Below, piece by piece: positions 53,122 through 62,632 of a stretch of 64,000 nucleotides of DNA (the stretch's first letter is position 1; every line of letters begins with the position of its first letter). Under the pieces are notes generated by a model. It did not search any database. It was not told the DNA's origin and was given only the letters and a program-made list of their open reading frames with translations. The DNA is from Phycisphaerae bacterium (GTDB taxonomy: Bacteria > Planctomycetota > Phycisphaerae > UBA1845). The stretch lies in NCBI GenBank assembly GCA_963666835.2, contig CAXXGO010000001.1, forward strand, positions 224,001 through 288,000, given 5' to 3'. Position numbers and translations under genes: made by a program.

Positions 53122-53470
53122 TTATATGGATCGTCCGGGCAGCCGTCGTTGCAGTCCCGGAGCGGTATCGGAATTATCCGCGTCGCAGTCGGCGGTGCCG
53201 TCTGTCGGGGTATCGGCCACCCCGCAACCGCACGCACCCGGAGCGGTTTTGTCGGGATCACTGGGACAACCATCCACGCAATCGGCGGTGCCGTCCTCAT
53301 CCGAGTCAGTGTCTGCGACTCCGCAGCCGCACTGCCCCGGGGCGGTCTTGTTCGGGTCATTCGGACACGTATCCAGGCAGTCGGCGACGGTATCTCCGTC
53401 GCTGTCATCATCGGGCACACCACAGCCGCACTGTCCTGGTGAGGTCTTGTTGGGGTCATCCGGGCAATCG
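47730..53470 (-). repeat. Coding tandem repeat, 99-bp period, roughly 55-58 units (estimated from length)
   Basis: Periodicity visible in the DNA; 52201-52486 holds about three identical units. Confidence 0.92.
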
Positions 53471-54093
53471 TCGATGATGACCTCGATGATCATATCGTTG
53501 AAGTCGCGGTCGCCGCCGCCGGCCTGATCGTCCCAGCAAAGCACCCAGGTGGTGCTTGTCGTGTTCCCTCCGGACACGAGATAGGTGATCATGTGGTCCT
53601 TGCCGTCGCTGTTGGCGGACACATCGGACGACCACACACCGGGATTGGTCTGGTCGATCCAACGGAAGACACCTCCGCTGACATCAACTGCGTCCGCGGA
53701 GCCGCTAACGTTGAAATCGGACCCGACGACGTTGAACAAAATGTCGTGGATGCCGTCGCGTTCCCAACCGAAGGCGTGGTTGAAGCCGGCGTACTTCACA
53801 CGCACATCGACGAAGACGACTCCGTCGGTCCAGGACTGATCCGTTCGGCCGGTTATCCCCGGCCCTTGGAGCAGGTCAATCACCAGCCCTTCGTCGGCCG
53901 GCGAAGCGCCGTCCGGAAAGTCGTCGACCCGAGTCAGCGTTTCCCCGTTGGGGTACAACTGAACGAGAATGCTGTTCAGCGTCGGGCTCCCCCCGACGAT
54001 CGGGGTGTTCGCGGCGAGTGCCGGCATTGCCGACACCACAACAAACAACATGCCGACCAAACCGTACGTGCAAAGCGTAGTACATTTCCGCAT
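53122..54093 (-). CDS. N-terminal part of the same giant protein (signal peptide, DUF4114-like domain, first repeats)
   Basis: Signal peptide, WDDQAGGGDRDFNDMII motif, then the same repeats until a garbled unit and TAA at 53122-53124; RBS ggaggtg. Confidence 0.75.
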   Translation of the reverse strand: MRKCTTLCTYGLVGMLFVVVSAMPALAANTPIVGGSPTLNSILVQLYPNGETLTRVDDFPDGASPADEGLVIDLLQGPGITGRTDQSWTDGVVFVDVRVKYAGFNHAFGWERDGIHDILFNVVGSDFNVSGSADAVDVSGGVFRWIDQTNPGVWSSDVSANSDGKDHMITYLVSGGNTTSTTWVLCWDDQAGGGDRDFNDMIIEVIIDDCPDDPNKTSPGQCGCGVPDDDSDGDTVADCLDTCPNDPNKTAPGQCGCGVADTDSDEDGTADCVDGCPSDPDKTAPGACGCGVADTPTDGTADCDADNSDTAPGLQRRLPGRSI

Positions 54094-54982
54094 GACTCGT
54101 TTTCACCTCCGTAAGCGTTTGCCCCGCTCGCTACTACGGCTCGACCCGGTGGGAAGCGATTCGCCCGGCGCGCCCCGGGTAAACCATCGCTCCGCGATCA
54201 ACCGCGCTTCCTCCCAGCCGTAGCAAGGGCTACTTCCAGCTCCTCTGTCCTACCAGACCTCCTGTGAACGTTCTTTCTGCGGCCACACCGCGTCCGCCAG
54301 AACGAGATCATTCATAGCTACCACTCTAACGGGATCATCGCCCATAATCCAGCAAAAAACCGCCCGAAATGCCGACAAAACCGGTATCGAATGCATTCCC
54401 AAAATGCCCTTCCCAGGCCCTCCAGTATCACAACAAGAACGTCCGGGAATTATCCCGTCACATGTTGTTGGCTGCCAACACTGGGACCGCGGGTTCTCGA
54501 GGATCCAGCCACGCAATCCGCCACACATAGTGCTGCGATAGCCATATTCCATGAACACTGAATTCTATGAGCGAACTTGGACGCAATCCCGCTGAATTCC
54601 GAGTCCGAGTTGTCATACAGTGAGACACAACGCTTGAAGATTGCGGATGGAACTGCTAGAGTCCACTGAATAGGGGAGTTAGGGGGCATGGGTCCAAGGG
54701 GGTGCCTGAGCAGCCTTGGCAGGAGGGATGGGAGCATCCCCCCCAACCGAAGACGCGCGGATCGCATTCCGTAAGCGCGCGTTGGTCATACCCTGACGCT
54801 GAGACGCGGAGTTGTAGGGTCTTTGGGCGAGGCCTGGTGTCAAGAAGGGCGCTTGGTCAATGTTCAAGAAGGCGGCAGCGAGAATCTCCGGAGGTTCGTG
54901 ATCTATGGGGGCGCCTGAGGGCATTTGTAAGTCAGAGGTTGCGCGGCCTGAAGAGGCCGGAGACGGAACACGAGGTAACGCG

Positions 54983-57484
54983 ATGAACGTAACGAAGTAT
55001 CGTCTCATCATTCCCGGGCTGTTAGTGATCGCAGCTCTGTTGGGTGCGGTCGTCAACTCGGCTGCTTCGCGGGCGGCAGAGGAGGTGGGCGTCTTGGCCG
55101 ACGTTCCGGTCTCGCCGCAAAGCTGCACTACAGACGAAGACTGCAACGACGGCAACGCGTGTACCGTAGACTCGTGCGAAGCGGACGTGTGCGTGAACGA
55201 AGCGATCGTGCCGTGCGTGCCCTGCGATGATCCCCCCGTATGCCCGCCGGTCGAGTTGGTCTTCGTGATGGACACTTCCGGATCGATGGGCGATGAAGCT
55301 GCAGCGTTGTGCAACAATATCGGCCAGATCACGGCCGAGCTCGAGGCGGTCGGTGTTTCGGTGAGTTCTCACCTTCTGGGTATAACGGAGACTCCGGGCG
55401 GGGTGTTCGATTGCCTGACTTCAGATGTGGTGACTATGCTCGGCGGGAACGTTCCGGGCGATGCTGCCGGCTGTCCCTTCCCGGGGACGTTTGCGGATCA
55501 CGAGTCGTGGGGGCCGGCGACGGCCATCATCGCCGAGCGGTTTCCCTGGGCGGCTGACGCGGTACGGGTGGTGGTTCCGCTCAGCGACGAGGGGCCGTGC
55601 AACGGCAGCCTGCCGGACGGATGTAACGCTACGGGTGACGACGGTGCTTCGATAGCCAATGCCATCACAGTGGCAACCGACAACGGAGTAACGGTCTCGC
55701 CGATTACCGGCACGGGTTCGGACAGTTGTGTTACGACGTTGGCAGAGAACCTCGCTGCCGGCACCGGCGGCGTCACGTTCCAGTCAAAGGACCCCGGCCT
55801 GGACTTGGCCGGCGCGGTTCATGCGATTGTTCTGGACCTTTGTGAGCCCGCTCCCTGCGACGACGGCAATGATTGCACGGTCAATGACCGCTGCATCGAC
55901 GGGGTGTGTCTGGGCGATACCCCCGACGATCTGCTGATCCCCTGCGACGAAGATTCGGACTGCGAGCCGTACGCAAGCAAGTTCGGCTGGTTCTGCGAGG
56001 AATCGCGTTTTGACAAGTTGGCCGGTTACTGCAACTGCGAATCGCCCACCCCGCTCTGCGTTGAGTTTGACAGGGCATGTTACGAGGAGGGGGGCGTGGT
56101 GGACGCGCGGATCGTCATGGGATACGGCACCGCGGAAGTGGCCGGCGGGCAGTTTCTGATGGAGTATGACCCGAGCTGCGTCGAGTTTGTCTCGATTGAG
56201 CCTTGTGACGACTCGATCTTCGTAACGGTTATCGCGGAAGGCGTGGACGAGACCGCCGGGCGAATCTGGTATGCCGCTCTTGCCTACGACCCAGTTACGC
56301 AGACCGCCTGGTCTACGCAAGGCCCGCACGATATTGCGTGTATGACGTTCAACAAGCTGCCGGGTTGTGATTCGTGCAACATTTGTTTGCTGAGCCAGAA
56401 CCCCCAGAATACGCTACTGACAGATAATCACGGGCAGAGCGTCTGGCTGGAGAACTGTGTGTGTAGCGAGGACATCACGGTTATTCGCGATACCGAGATC
56501 GTCTGCCCGGAGAGCATGTCCGTCGATACCGATGCGGGACAGTTGTCCGCAGTGGTCACCTGGGATGATATCCAGACTTCCTCGAATTGCGGCGAGGCGG
56601 TGGAGCTGGAATGTATGGCGACGCACAGTCTGGGGATCTCTATTGACCATCTGATTCAGAACGGAGGGACGTTTCCCGCCGGAGTAGCAACGTTCTACTG
56701 CATGGGGAAGGACTCCTCGGTGTGTTACGACGAGGATGAATGTTCCTGGACGATCGAAGTCAACGCGGTTAATACTGTGGAAGCTTCCATCCAACTCTCT
56801 CCCCCGGTGAGTGCGGGGATGACTGAGCGGTGTATTGAGTTCGAGTTCTTCGCAAACTGTGTCTCGCCTCCGACGGTGGTCCAGGAGCTGGTGGTCTTCG
56901 GCGGACCGTATAGTCTTCCGGGAGTCAGCGAGGATGTGATTCTGTCGATTCCGGCCAATTTGTACGAGTGCGCCACGGCCCGAGATCCACTTCACACGCT
57001 GCGGTCTACGACCAGGATGGTGGCCGAGGACGGGGTGTGGAAGGTCAAGTTTGCCGGCGACCCGATCTATGGGGGCAACTGGCTGGTCGGCGGGGATCTG
57101 ACCAACGACGGCCGGATCGACGCTCTTGACTTGGGCGCTTTCTTCGCCCATCCGCAGGGAGAACTCGCGGAAAACCCCGTTTGCCAATCGGAGGTGGTCC
57201 ATCCGGACATAGACGGTGACGGCATCGTCGGCGCCGTCGATCAAGGGATCATCGTGCAGAATTGGGGAGAGGTATCCATGGATAGTTGTTGCCCGACGGG
57301 CGGCACGTCCTCGGTGGATCCGCCCGTGGACGAGATCTCGGTTAAGGAACTTCGCAGACGTGGACTGGGCCATTACGGGGCTGCGGACCGCAACAATGAT
57401 GCGGTCGTCAACATCGACGACGGCACCGCCGCGGGGCCAGAGACATCGCCGACGGCAAAACGGACGAGCCTGCCCCGCAGGTAG
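54983..57484 (+). CDS. Secreted protein: Cys-rich repeats, vWA domain, cohesin-like and HYR-like domains, dockerin-like C-terminus
   Basis: Signal peptide, CxDGNxCT repeats, MIDAS FVMDTSGSM, loops GDLTNDGRIDALD and DIDGDGIVGAVD. Confidence 0.8.
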   Translation: MNVTKYRLIIPGLLVIAALLGAVVNSAASRAAEEVGVLADVPVSPQSCTTDEDCNDGNACTVDSCEADVCVNEAIVPCVPCDDPPVCPPVELVFVMDTSGSMGDEAAALCNNIGQITAELEAVGVSVSSHLLGITETPGGVFDCLTSDVVTMLGGNVPGDAAGCPFPGTFADHESWGPATAIIAERFPWAADAVRVVVPLSDEGPCNGSLPDGCNATGDDGASIANAITVATDNGVTVSPITGTGSDSCVTTLAENLAAGTGGVTFQSKDPGLDLAGAVHAIVLDLCEPAPCDDGNDCTVNDRCIDGVCLGDTPDDLLIPCDEDSDCEPYASKFGWFCEESRFDKLAGYCNCESPTPLCVEFDRACYEEGGVVDARIVMGYGTAEVAGGQFLMEYDPSCVEFVSIEPCDDSIFVTVIAEGVDETAGRIWYAALAYDPVTQTAWSTQGPHDIACMTFNKLPGCDSCNICLLSQNPQNTLLTDNHGQSVWLENCVCSEDITVIRDTEIVCPESMSVDTDAGQLSAVVTWDDIQTSSNCGEAVELECMATHSLGISIDHLIQNGGTFPAGVATFYCMGKDSSVCYDEDECSWTIEVNAVNTVEASIQLSPPVSAGMTERCIEFEFFANCVSPPTVVQELVVFGGPYSLPGVSEDVILSIPANLYECATARDPLHTLRSTTRMVAEDGVWKVKFAGDPIYGGNWLVGGDLTNDGRIDALDLGAFFAHPQGELAENPVCQSEVVHPDIDGDGIVGAVDQGIIVQNWGEVSMDSCCPTGGTSSVDPPVDEISVKELRRRGLGHYGAADRNNDAVVNIDDGTAAGPETSPTAKRTSLPRR

Positions 57485-57622
57485 GAGATGCCGGTAGCGG
57501 CTTTTCTGCTGCGGAATCTGCCGGACGATTGACCGTCTCGGGAATAACGCCCATGGATTGGGGCTCAACAACCGTTAATCGCAAGGACTGGGGCACTGGC
57601 CTTCTCTTAGGAGCGATGAGGG

Positions 57623-59386
57623 ATGGAGCGAAAGCGACTGATTGGGGTGGTCCTCGCACTCGCGCTGTTCACGGGTACATTCGTTACTGGGTCATCGGCG
57701 TATGCCGATGCGCCGCGGATTGTGGATGTCGACCCGCATCCCAGTGATTGGCTGGTCAGCCCGGATACGCCCCAGAGCATCACCATCACCTTCGATAACC
57801 CGGTTACCGTCGAGGCCGGAGCCGTGATAGGACGTACGACGGAGGGGACCGTACCCGTTTCCGCGTCCCCGTTGTTCACGCCGACAACCTCGCTTACGTT
57901 GGGGTTCGATGTGGAAAGTGGCAATACCGTCACCGTCGTCTTGAATCACTCCATCGTCGACGGCGAGGGGGTAGCCCTTGATGGTGAGATCGGCGAACCG
58001 GCCGACCCTGATCTTTCCGCGGGAAGCGGCGACGGTCAGCCGGGCGGACCGGCCGTCTTGCAGTTCTCGGTACTCTTCGGCGACGCGAATCGTGATGGAA
58101 AGGTCGATATGGTTGATGCCACGGCCATCGCTCAGGCTCTTAACGCCTGCGACGGGCTGGACCCCCGTTACGATGCTCTAGCCGACCTCGATCACAGCGG
58201 TTGTGTTGATGCGGCCGATTCCGATGCTTTGAATGCCGGTTGGGAGGATACGCTTCCGGTAACCGACGGCATCGCCCCCATGGTCGATACGATGGTGCCT
58301 GCCCCACCGGGGCCGCTGTCGCTTCCCAGCGACAAGTTGACGATAGTCTTTGACGAACCGATTGATCCCGACACCGTAACGAGCGGGGTAGTTTACGCGA
58401 TCGGTAGCGACGGAACCCTGGTGAATACGTCGGCGGTCCCCGAGATAATCGGTGACAGGACCCTTGAATGTCTGTTCGACGATCTGGGATGTGCACCGGG
58501 GTATTCGGTGCGAATCAGTAACTTGCTGGCCGATCTGACGGGTACGCCGGCGCTGGGGGCAACGTTCGAATTCCAGGGCGAGGACGCGATTGCCCCGGAG
58601 ATTGACTGCCCGGCGATGGTCTTTGTCAACAGTACGATCCCGTACGGTATCCCGGCAGAAGACCTGGCGGACTTGACGGTACTCGAGACGTTCCTGACCG
58701 GGGTCGATGCTACGGACAACTGCGGAGTGACCGCGGTCGAGAACTCGTTCGACTTCGCAACGGACCTTCCACTAGGTGCCACGACCGTGACTTTCTCGGC
58801 CGAGGACGAGGCGGGGAACGTTGCCCGTTGCGACGCGACGCTGATTGTGGTTCCGGCCGTGCCGTTGGCGTGCTGGGATTTGAATGAAAACGGCGTGGGT
58901 GACCCCGAAGAGGACATCGACGGTGACGGGAAGTACACCCCGATGGACTGCCAAGGCCCGATAGGACCCTCGGGTCCCAGCGGGGCGCAGGGCGTTGACG
59001 GGCAAGCGGGCGACGCAGGGATCTCTTGCTGGGATCTGAACGAAAATGGCGAGGCCGACGCTGAGGAGGACGTCAATGAGGACGGAGTCGTTGACGTCGA
59101 GGATTGTCGTGGCACCGACGGCGAGGATGGCCAAGACGGCGAGGACGGTGAAGACGGCGAGGACGGGGAGCAGGGACCTGTAGGTCCGGAAGGTCCCCAG
59201 GGGGTGACCGGGGCCGATGGCGCGGAGGGACCGCAGGGCGAACCGGGCGAATCCCCGGCCACTCAGGAGGTGCCCGCTGACGATGGATCCACTCCGAGCA
59301 GTCCGTGCGGAGCCTTCGGGATGATCAGTCTTACCTTCATGTTCCTGGGGCTTGGCGCCACCCGGACGGCGCTCCGGAGGTGGTAA
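57623..59386 (+). CDS. Secreted protein: Ig-like (Big_5-type) domains, dockerin-like, HYR, collagen-like repeats and a Cys-TM-basic anchor
   Basis: ITFDNPV and IVFDEPID, GDANRDGKVD..D, ATDNCG...GN..C, Gly-X-Y runs, C-terminus PCGAFGM...ALRRW. Confidence 0.8.
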   Translation: MERKRLIGVVLALALFTGTFVTGSSAYADAPRIVDVDPHPSDWLVSPDTPQSITITFDNPVTVEAGAVIGRTTEGTVPVSASPLFTPTTSLTLGFDVESGNTVTVVLNHSIVDGEGVALDGEIGEPADPDLSAGSGDGQPGGPAVLQFSVLFGDANRDGKVDMVDATAIAQALNACDGLDPRYDALADLDHSGCVDAADSDALNAGWEDTLPVTDGIAPMVDTMVPAPPGPLSLPSDKLTIVFDEPIDPDTVTSGVVYAIGSDGTLVNTSAVPEIIGDRTLECLFDDLGCAPGYSVRISNLLADLTGTPALGATFEFQGEDAIAPEIDCPAMVFVNSTIPYGIPAEDLADLTVLETFLTGVDATDNCGVTAVENSFDFATDLPLGATTVTFSAEDEAGNVARCDATLIVVPAVPLACWDLNENGVGDPEEDIDGDGKYTPMDCQGPIGPSGPSGAQGVDGQAGDAGISCWDLNENGEADAEEDVNEDGVVDVEDCRGTDGEDGQDGEDGEDGEDGEQGPVGPEGPQGVTGADGAEGPQGEPGESPATQEVPADDGSTPSSPCGAFGMISLTFMFLGLGATRTALRRW

Positions 59387-59532
59387 CGCCTGGGCGGAGG
59401 AGTTTCCAGGGGTCTGGAGTCAACCACTCTGACTGCGGGGAGATTCCGCGTCCATCCGGCACGGGTCTTGACTGATTCCCGCGTCTGCCATACTACAGGG
59501 TTCCAGGTGCTTCAACGAAAGGTACCCTGTTT

Positions 59533-61035
59533 ATGGCTAAGGACCCCGGTTCCTCGCAACGTGTCGAAGATCGCATCGTTTCCAGCGGCCTGACGTTCGA
59601 CGACGTTCTGCTGATTCCTCGCCGGTCGGCGATTCTGCCGTCCGAAATCAACACGAGCACCCTGCTGACCTCGAACATCCGGCTGAATATCCCTCTCGTG
59701 TCCGCGGCGATGGACACGGTTACGGAATCGCGCCTCGCCATCGCCCTTGCGCAGGAGGGCGGTATCGGCATTATCCACAAGAACCTCAGCGTGGAAGCCC
59801 AATGTCGAGACGTCCATAAGGTCAAACGGTCGGAGAGTGGAGTGATCTTAGACCCGGTAACGATGGGGCCCGACGATCCCGTCTCGCTGGCCAAAGAGGT
59901 CATGTCGCTGCAGAACATCTCGGGGGTGCCGATCGTCGGGAGCGATGGCCGGCTGGTTGGGATCATCACTCGCCGCGACATGAAGTTCCTCGAGAACGAA
60001 GAGCTTAGAATCCGCGACGTGATGACCTCAGATAACCTGGTCACGGGTCCGCCGGATACCAGTCTGGAAGACGCTTCCAAGATCCTAAATCACGCGAAGG
60101 TGGAGAAGCTGCTTCTCGTGGATAAGGACCGCCGGCTGGCGGGGCTGATCTCGATGCGCGACATCGAGCGCTCTCGCAAGTACCGCGGAAGCTGCAAAGA
60201 CGCGCGGGGACGCTTGCGGGTGGGCGCTGCCGTTGGGGTCCATGATTACGAACGGGTCGAGGGTTTGATTGCGGCCGACGTGGACGTCGTTGTGGTGGAT
60301 ACGGCTCACGGTCACAGCGACAACGTGATCAACACGGTCAAAGAGATCCGCAAACGCTATGACATTGAGATCATCGCCGGCAATATCGCCACGGAGCAGG
60401 CCGCCCGGGATCTGATCGACGCCGGAGCGAACGCTCTGAAAGTGGGGATCGGTCCGGGGAGCATCTGCACGACGCGGGTCGTATCCGGGGTGGGCGTACC
60501 CCAGTTGACGGCGATCATGAACGTCTGCCGGGCGGCGTCGGCCGAGGGCATTCCCGTTATCGCCGATGGGGGCATTCGCCAGTCCGGCGACATTGCCAAG
60601 GCACTGGCGGCCGGAGCGCATACCGTGATGTTGGGCTCGCTCTTTGCCGGACTCGAAGAGGCACCGGGCGAAACGGTCACGTGGCAGGGGCGGCGGTTCA
60701 AGGAGTACCGGGGTATGGGCTCTCTAGGCGCTATGGTCAGAGGCTCGGCCGATCGTTACGGGCAGCAGGCGTCCCAGGGTGTTCAGAAGCTCGTTCCCGA
60801 AGGTATCGAAGGACGGGTGCCGTACCGGGGGCCGCTTTCCGACTATGTGTACCAACTGGTCGGCGGGGTGCGATCGGGAATGGGCTATTGCGGCGCCCGA
60901 ACCATCGACGAGCTCCGCACCGAGACAAGTTTTTACCGGATTACCGCCGCCGGGATTACAGAATCGCATCCACACGATGTTACGATCACACGAGAGTCGC
61001 CGAACTATGCGATGGAGTACCGCAATGAACAGTAG
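59533..61035 (+). CDS. guaB: IMP dehydrogenase
   Basis: [11 protein letters not shown] pair, [26 protein letters not shown]. Confidence 0.98.
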   Translation: MAKDPGSSQRVEDRIVSSGLTFDDVLLIPRRSAILPSEINTSTLLTSNIRLNIPLVSAAMDTVTESRLAIALAQEGGIGIIHKNLSVEAQCRDVHKVKRSESGVILDPVTMGPDDPVSLAKEVMSLQNISGVPIVGSDGRLVGIITRRDMKFLENEELRIRDVMTSDNLVTGPPDTSLEDASKILNHAKVEKLLLVDKDRRLAGLISMRDIERSRKYRGSCKDARGRLRVGAAVGVHDYERVEGLIAADVDVVVVDTAHGHSDNVINTVKEIRKRYDIEIIAGNIATEQAARDLIDAGANALKVGIGPGSICTTRVVSGVGVPQLTAIMNVCRAASAEGIPVIADGGIRQSGDIAKALAAGAHTVMLGSLFAGLEEAPGETVTWQGRRFKEYRGMGSLGAMVRGSADRYGQQASQGVQKLVPEGIEGRVPYRGPLSDYVYQLVGGVRSGMGYCGARTIDELRTETSFYRITAAGITESHPHDVTITRESPNYAMEYRNEQ

Positions 61036-61540
61036 CAGACGGGCTAAGGACGGCCGGGGAACGGGTGGATTGCACGGGCGGGCTTACCTGCGCCGTTTGG
61101 GCTTCGGGATGGCGCTGAGCGTCTGGATGATGATCCTCGGCGGGGGATGCCAACTCGCAGTCAGCCCCTATGCCGACGAGCTCGCGGATCAGCCGGCGGT
61201 TACCACGTTGTCCGCCGACGGTATTCGCGCGGCGAACGCGGCACCTCGCGAATCCGCTAGGAGGTTCGATCCGATCGAAATGCCACCCGGTTACGATGTT
61301 GGAGTTGATCATTTGCCTCTGTTCTTCGAGGATCCGTTCGAGGGGATGGGGAGCGAAGACGACCGGTTTGCCTGGACGGCTGAGGAGTATCTGTGTCTGG
61401 TGTACGGTCCCAGTCGTTTCCTGGTTAACGGCTTGTTTGCGCCGGTCAGCGCCGTGGTAACGCCTCCCTGGGTGACCATGAACAGTGACGGCATAATCGG
61501 CGAAAGGGATCGTGATCCGGTGCGGGCGGCCCGCAAGTAG
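61025..61540 (+). CDS. Hypothetical lipoprotein
   Basis: Basic N-region, hydrophobic stretch and GGG|C; HLPLFFEDPFE motif; start overlaps the end of guaB. Confidence 0.6.
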   Translation: MNSSRRAKDGRGTGGLHGRAYLRRLGFGMALSVWMMILGGGCQLAVSPYADELADQPAVTTLSADGIRAANAAPRESARRFDPIEMPPGYDVGVDHLPLFFEDPFEGMGSEDDRFAWTAEEYLCLVYGPSRFLVNGLFAPVSAVVTPPWVTMNSDGIIGERDRDPVRAARK

Positions 61541-61584
61541 GCCGGTTTGCGGCCGGGGGATCGTGCTCCGGCCCGCCTCGGCCG

Positions 61585-62616
61585 TTGAGGCGCAGTCTAC
61601 TTGGCGGATTGGCGGGTCGGGGTGATGCCGAAATCAAAGCTGGAGAACTCAATAGCGGAGCAGAAGCGATCATACCGGCACCGTCACAGCCCTTGACTCC
61701 GCGTTGCCCGGCTTGCGGCGAACCCGTCAATCTGCCGTCGCCGCCCGCTTGCCTGTTGTGCGGCTTCTCTTTCTGTCAGGGATCCAATACCGGCGTGGAC
61801 GTCACTCCGTACGCTCGGGCGCACGCTCGTGCTGAACCCGGCTGGAAGCGCATGGCCCAATGGGTGTGGTATTCCGGCCGCGAGCGGCAAAAGCACCTGG
61901 CGTTGATGCGTAGCTCGGCGGCGTCGCGACGCTTCGCCCGGCTGAGTCTGCTCCTGGTGTCGGTGGGGGTGGCGTTGCTGGAGACAAGCCGGACCGGATG
62001 GCGGTGGGTCTCGGCTATGGCGGAGATTGAACCGAGCAAGTCGACCGAACCGCGCGGCGTGGGTTGGCTGCACGTGGCCGGCATCCCCCCGACAGATTCG
62101 GAGCCGGGTGCCGTCGTGGACCTGTGGTGGAACCCGATTCAGACGGCGGTAACTCTGGCAGTGGCCTTGTTGCTGGGGTTTGTGGTCTGCTGCCTGGTCG
62201 TCAGGTTGCTGCGTGTCGGGGTAATGCAAGCTCACCGGCCGCCATACGCCGGCGACGAACGGATGACGGCCGCCGTGCATTACAGCACTGCGTGGGGCAT
62301 ACTGTTGTCTATCGCCGGGTTGATCGCGGCGTTTCGACCGGTCGGGTTCATCGGAGCGATGCAGCGGTGGCCCTGGTATCCGCCGGACGAGGGGTTTCTG
62401 CTCTCGGCGGCGGTCGTGGCCGGGTTCGGGGTGATGATGTGGTGGTTCTGGCTGATCCGGTTGGGAGCGACCGCCCCGGCGAAGACTCGCCGATCGGTGG
62501 TGGTCTTCTTCACGGTCACCACCCCTCTGATAGTGATCGCCACCGGAGTCGGCTGGTGGTTCGGTATTCCGGTGCTATTTAGCTTCCTCTTCGAGAGGAT
62601 GAAGCTGATGTTCTAG
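61585..62616 (+). CDS. Hypothetical membrane protein with an N-terminal zinc ribbon
   Basis: CPACG...CLLCG followed by about 5-6 TM segments. Start uncertain. Confidence 0.65.
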   Translation: MRRSLLGGLAGRGDAEIKAGELNSGAEAIIPAPSQPLTPRCPACGEPVNLPSPPACLLCGFSFCQGSNTGVDVTPYARAHARAEPGWKRMAQWVWYSGRERQKHLALMRSSAASRRFARLSLLLVSVGVALLETSRTGWRWVSAMAEIEPSKSTEPRGVGWLHVAGIPPTDSEPGAVVDLWWNPIQTAVTLAVALLLGFVVCCLVVRLLRVGVMQAHRPPYAGDERMTAAVHYSTAWGILLSIAGLIAAFRPVGFIGAMQRWPWYPPDEGFLLSAAVVAGFGVMMWWFWLIRLGATAPAKTRRSVVVFFTVTTPLIVIATGVGWWFGIPVLFSFLFERMKLMF

Positions 62617-62632
62617 ATCTCCGAGAGATTCC

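Noticed and set aside
47730..53470. CRISPR-like periodicity
   Set aside because: Contiguous codon-degenerate units with no unique spacers, and no cas genes.
47928..53527. Very long plus-strand and alternative-frame ORFs (1670, 1345 and 1016 aa)
   Set aside because: Shadows of the 99-bp coding repeat. The minus-strand frame has the signal peptide and sorting tail.
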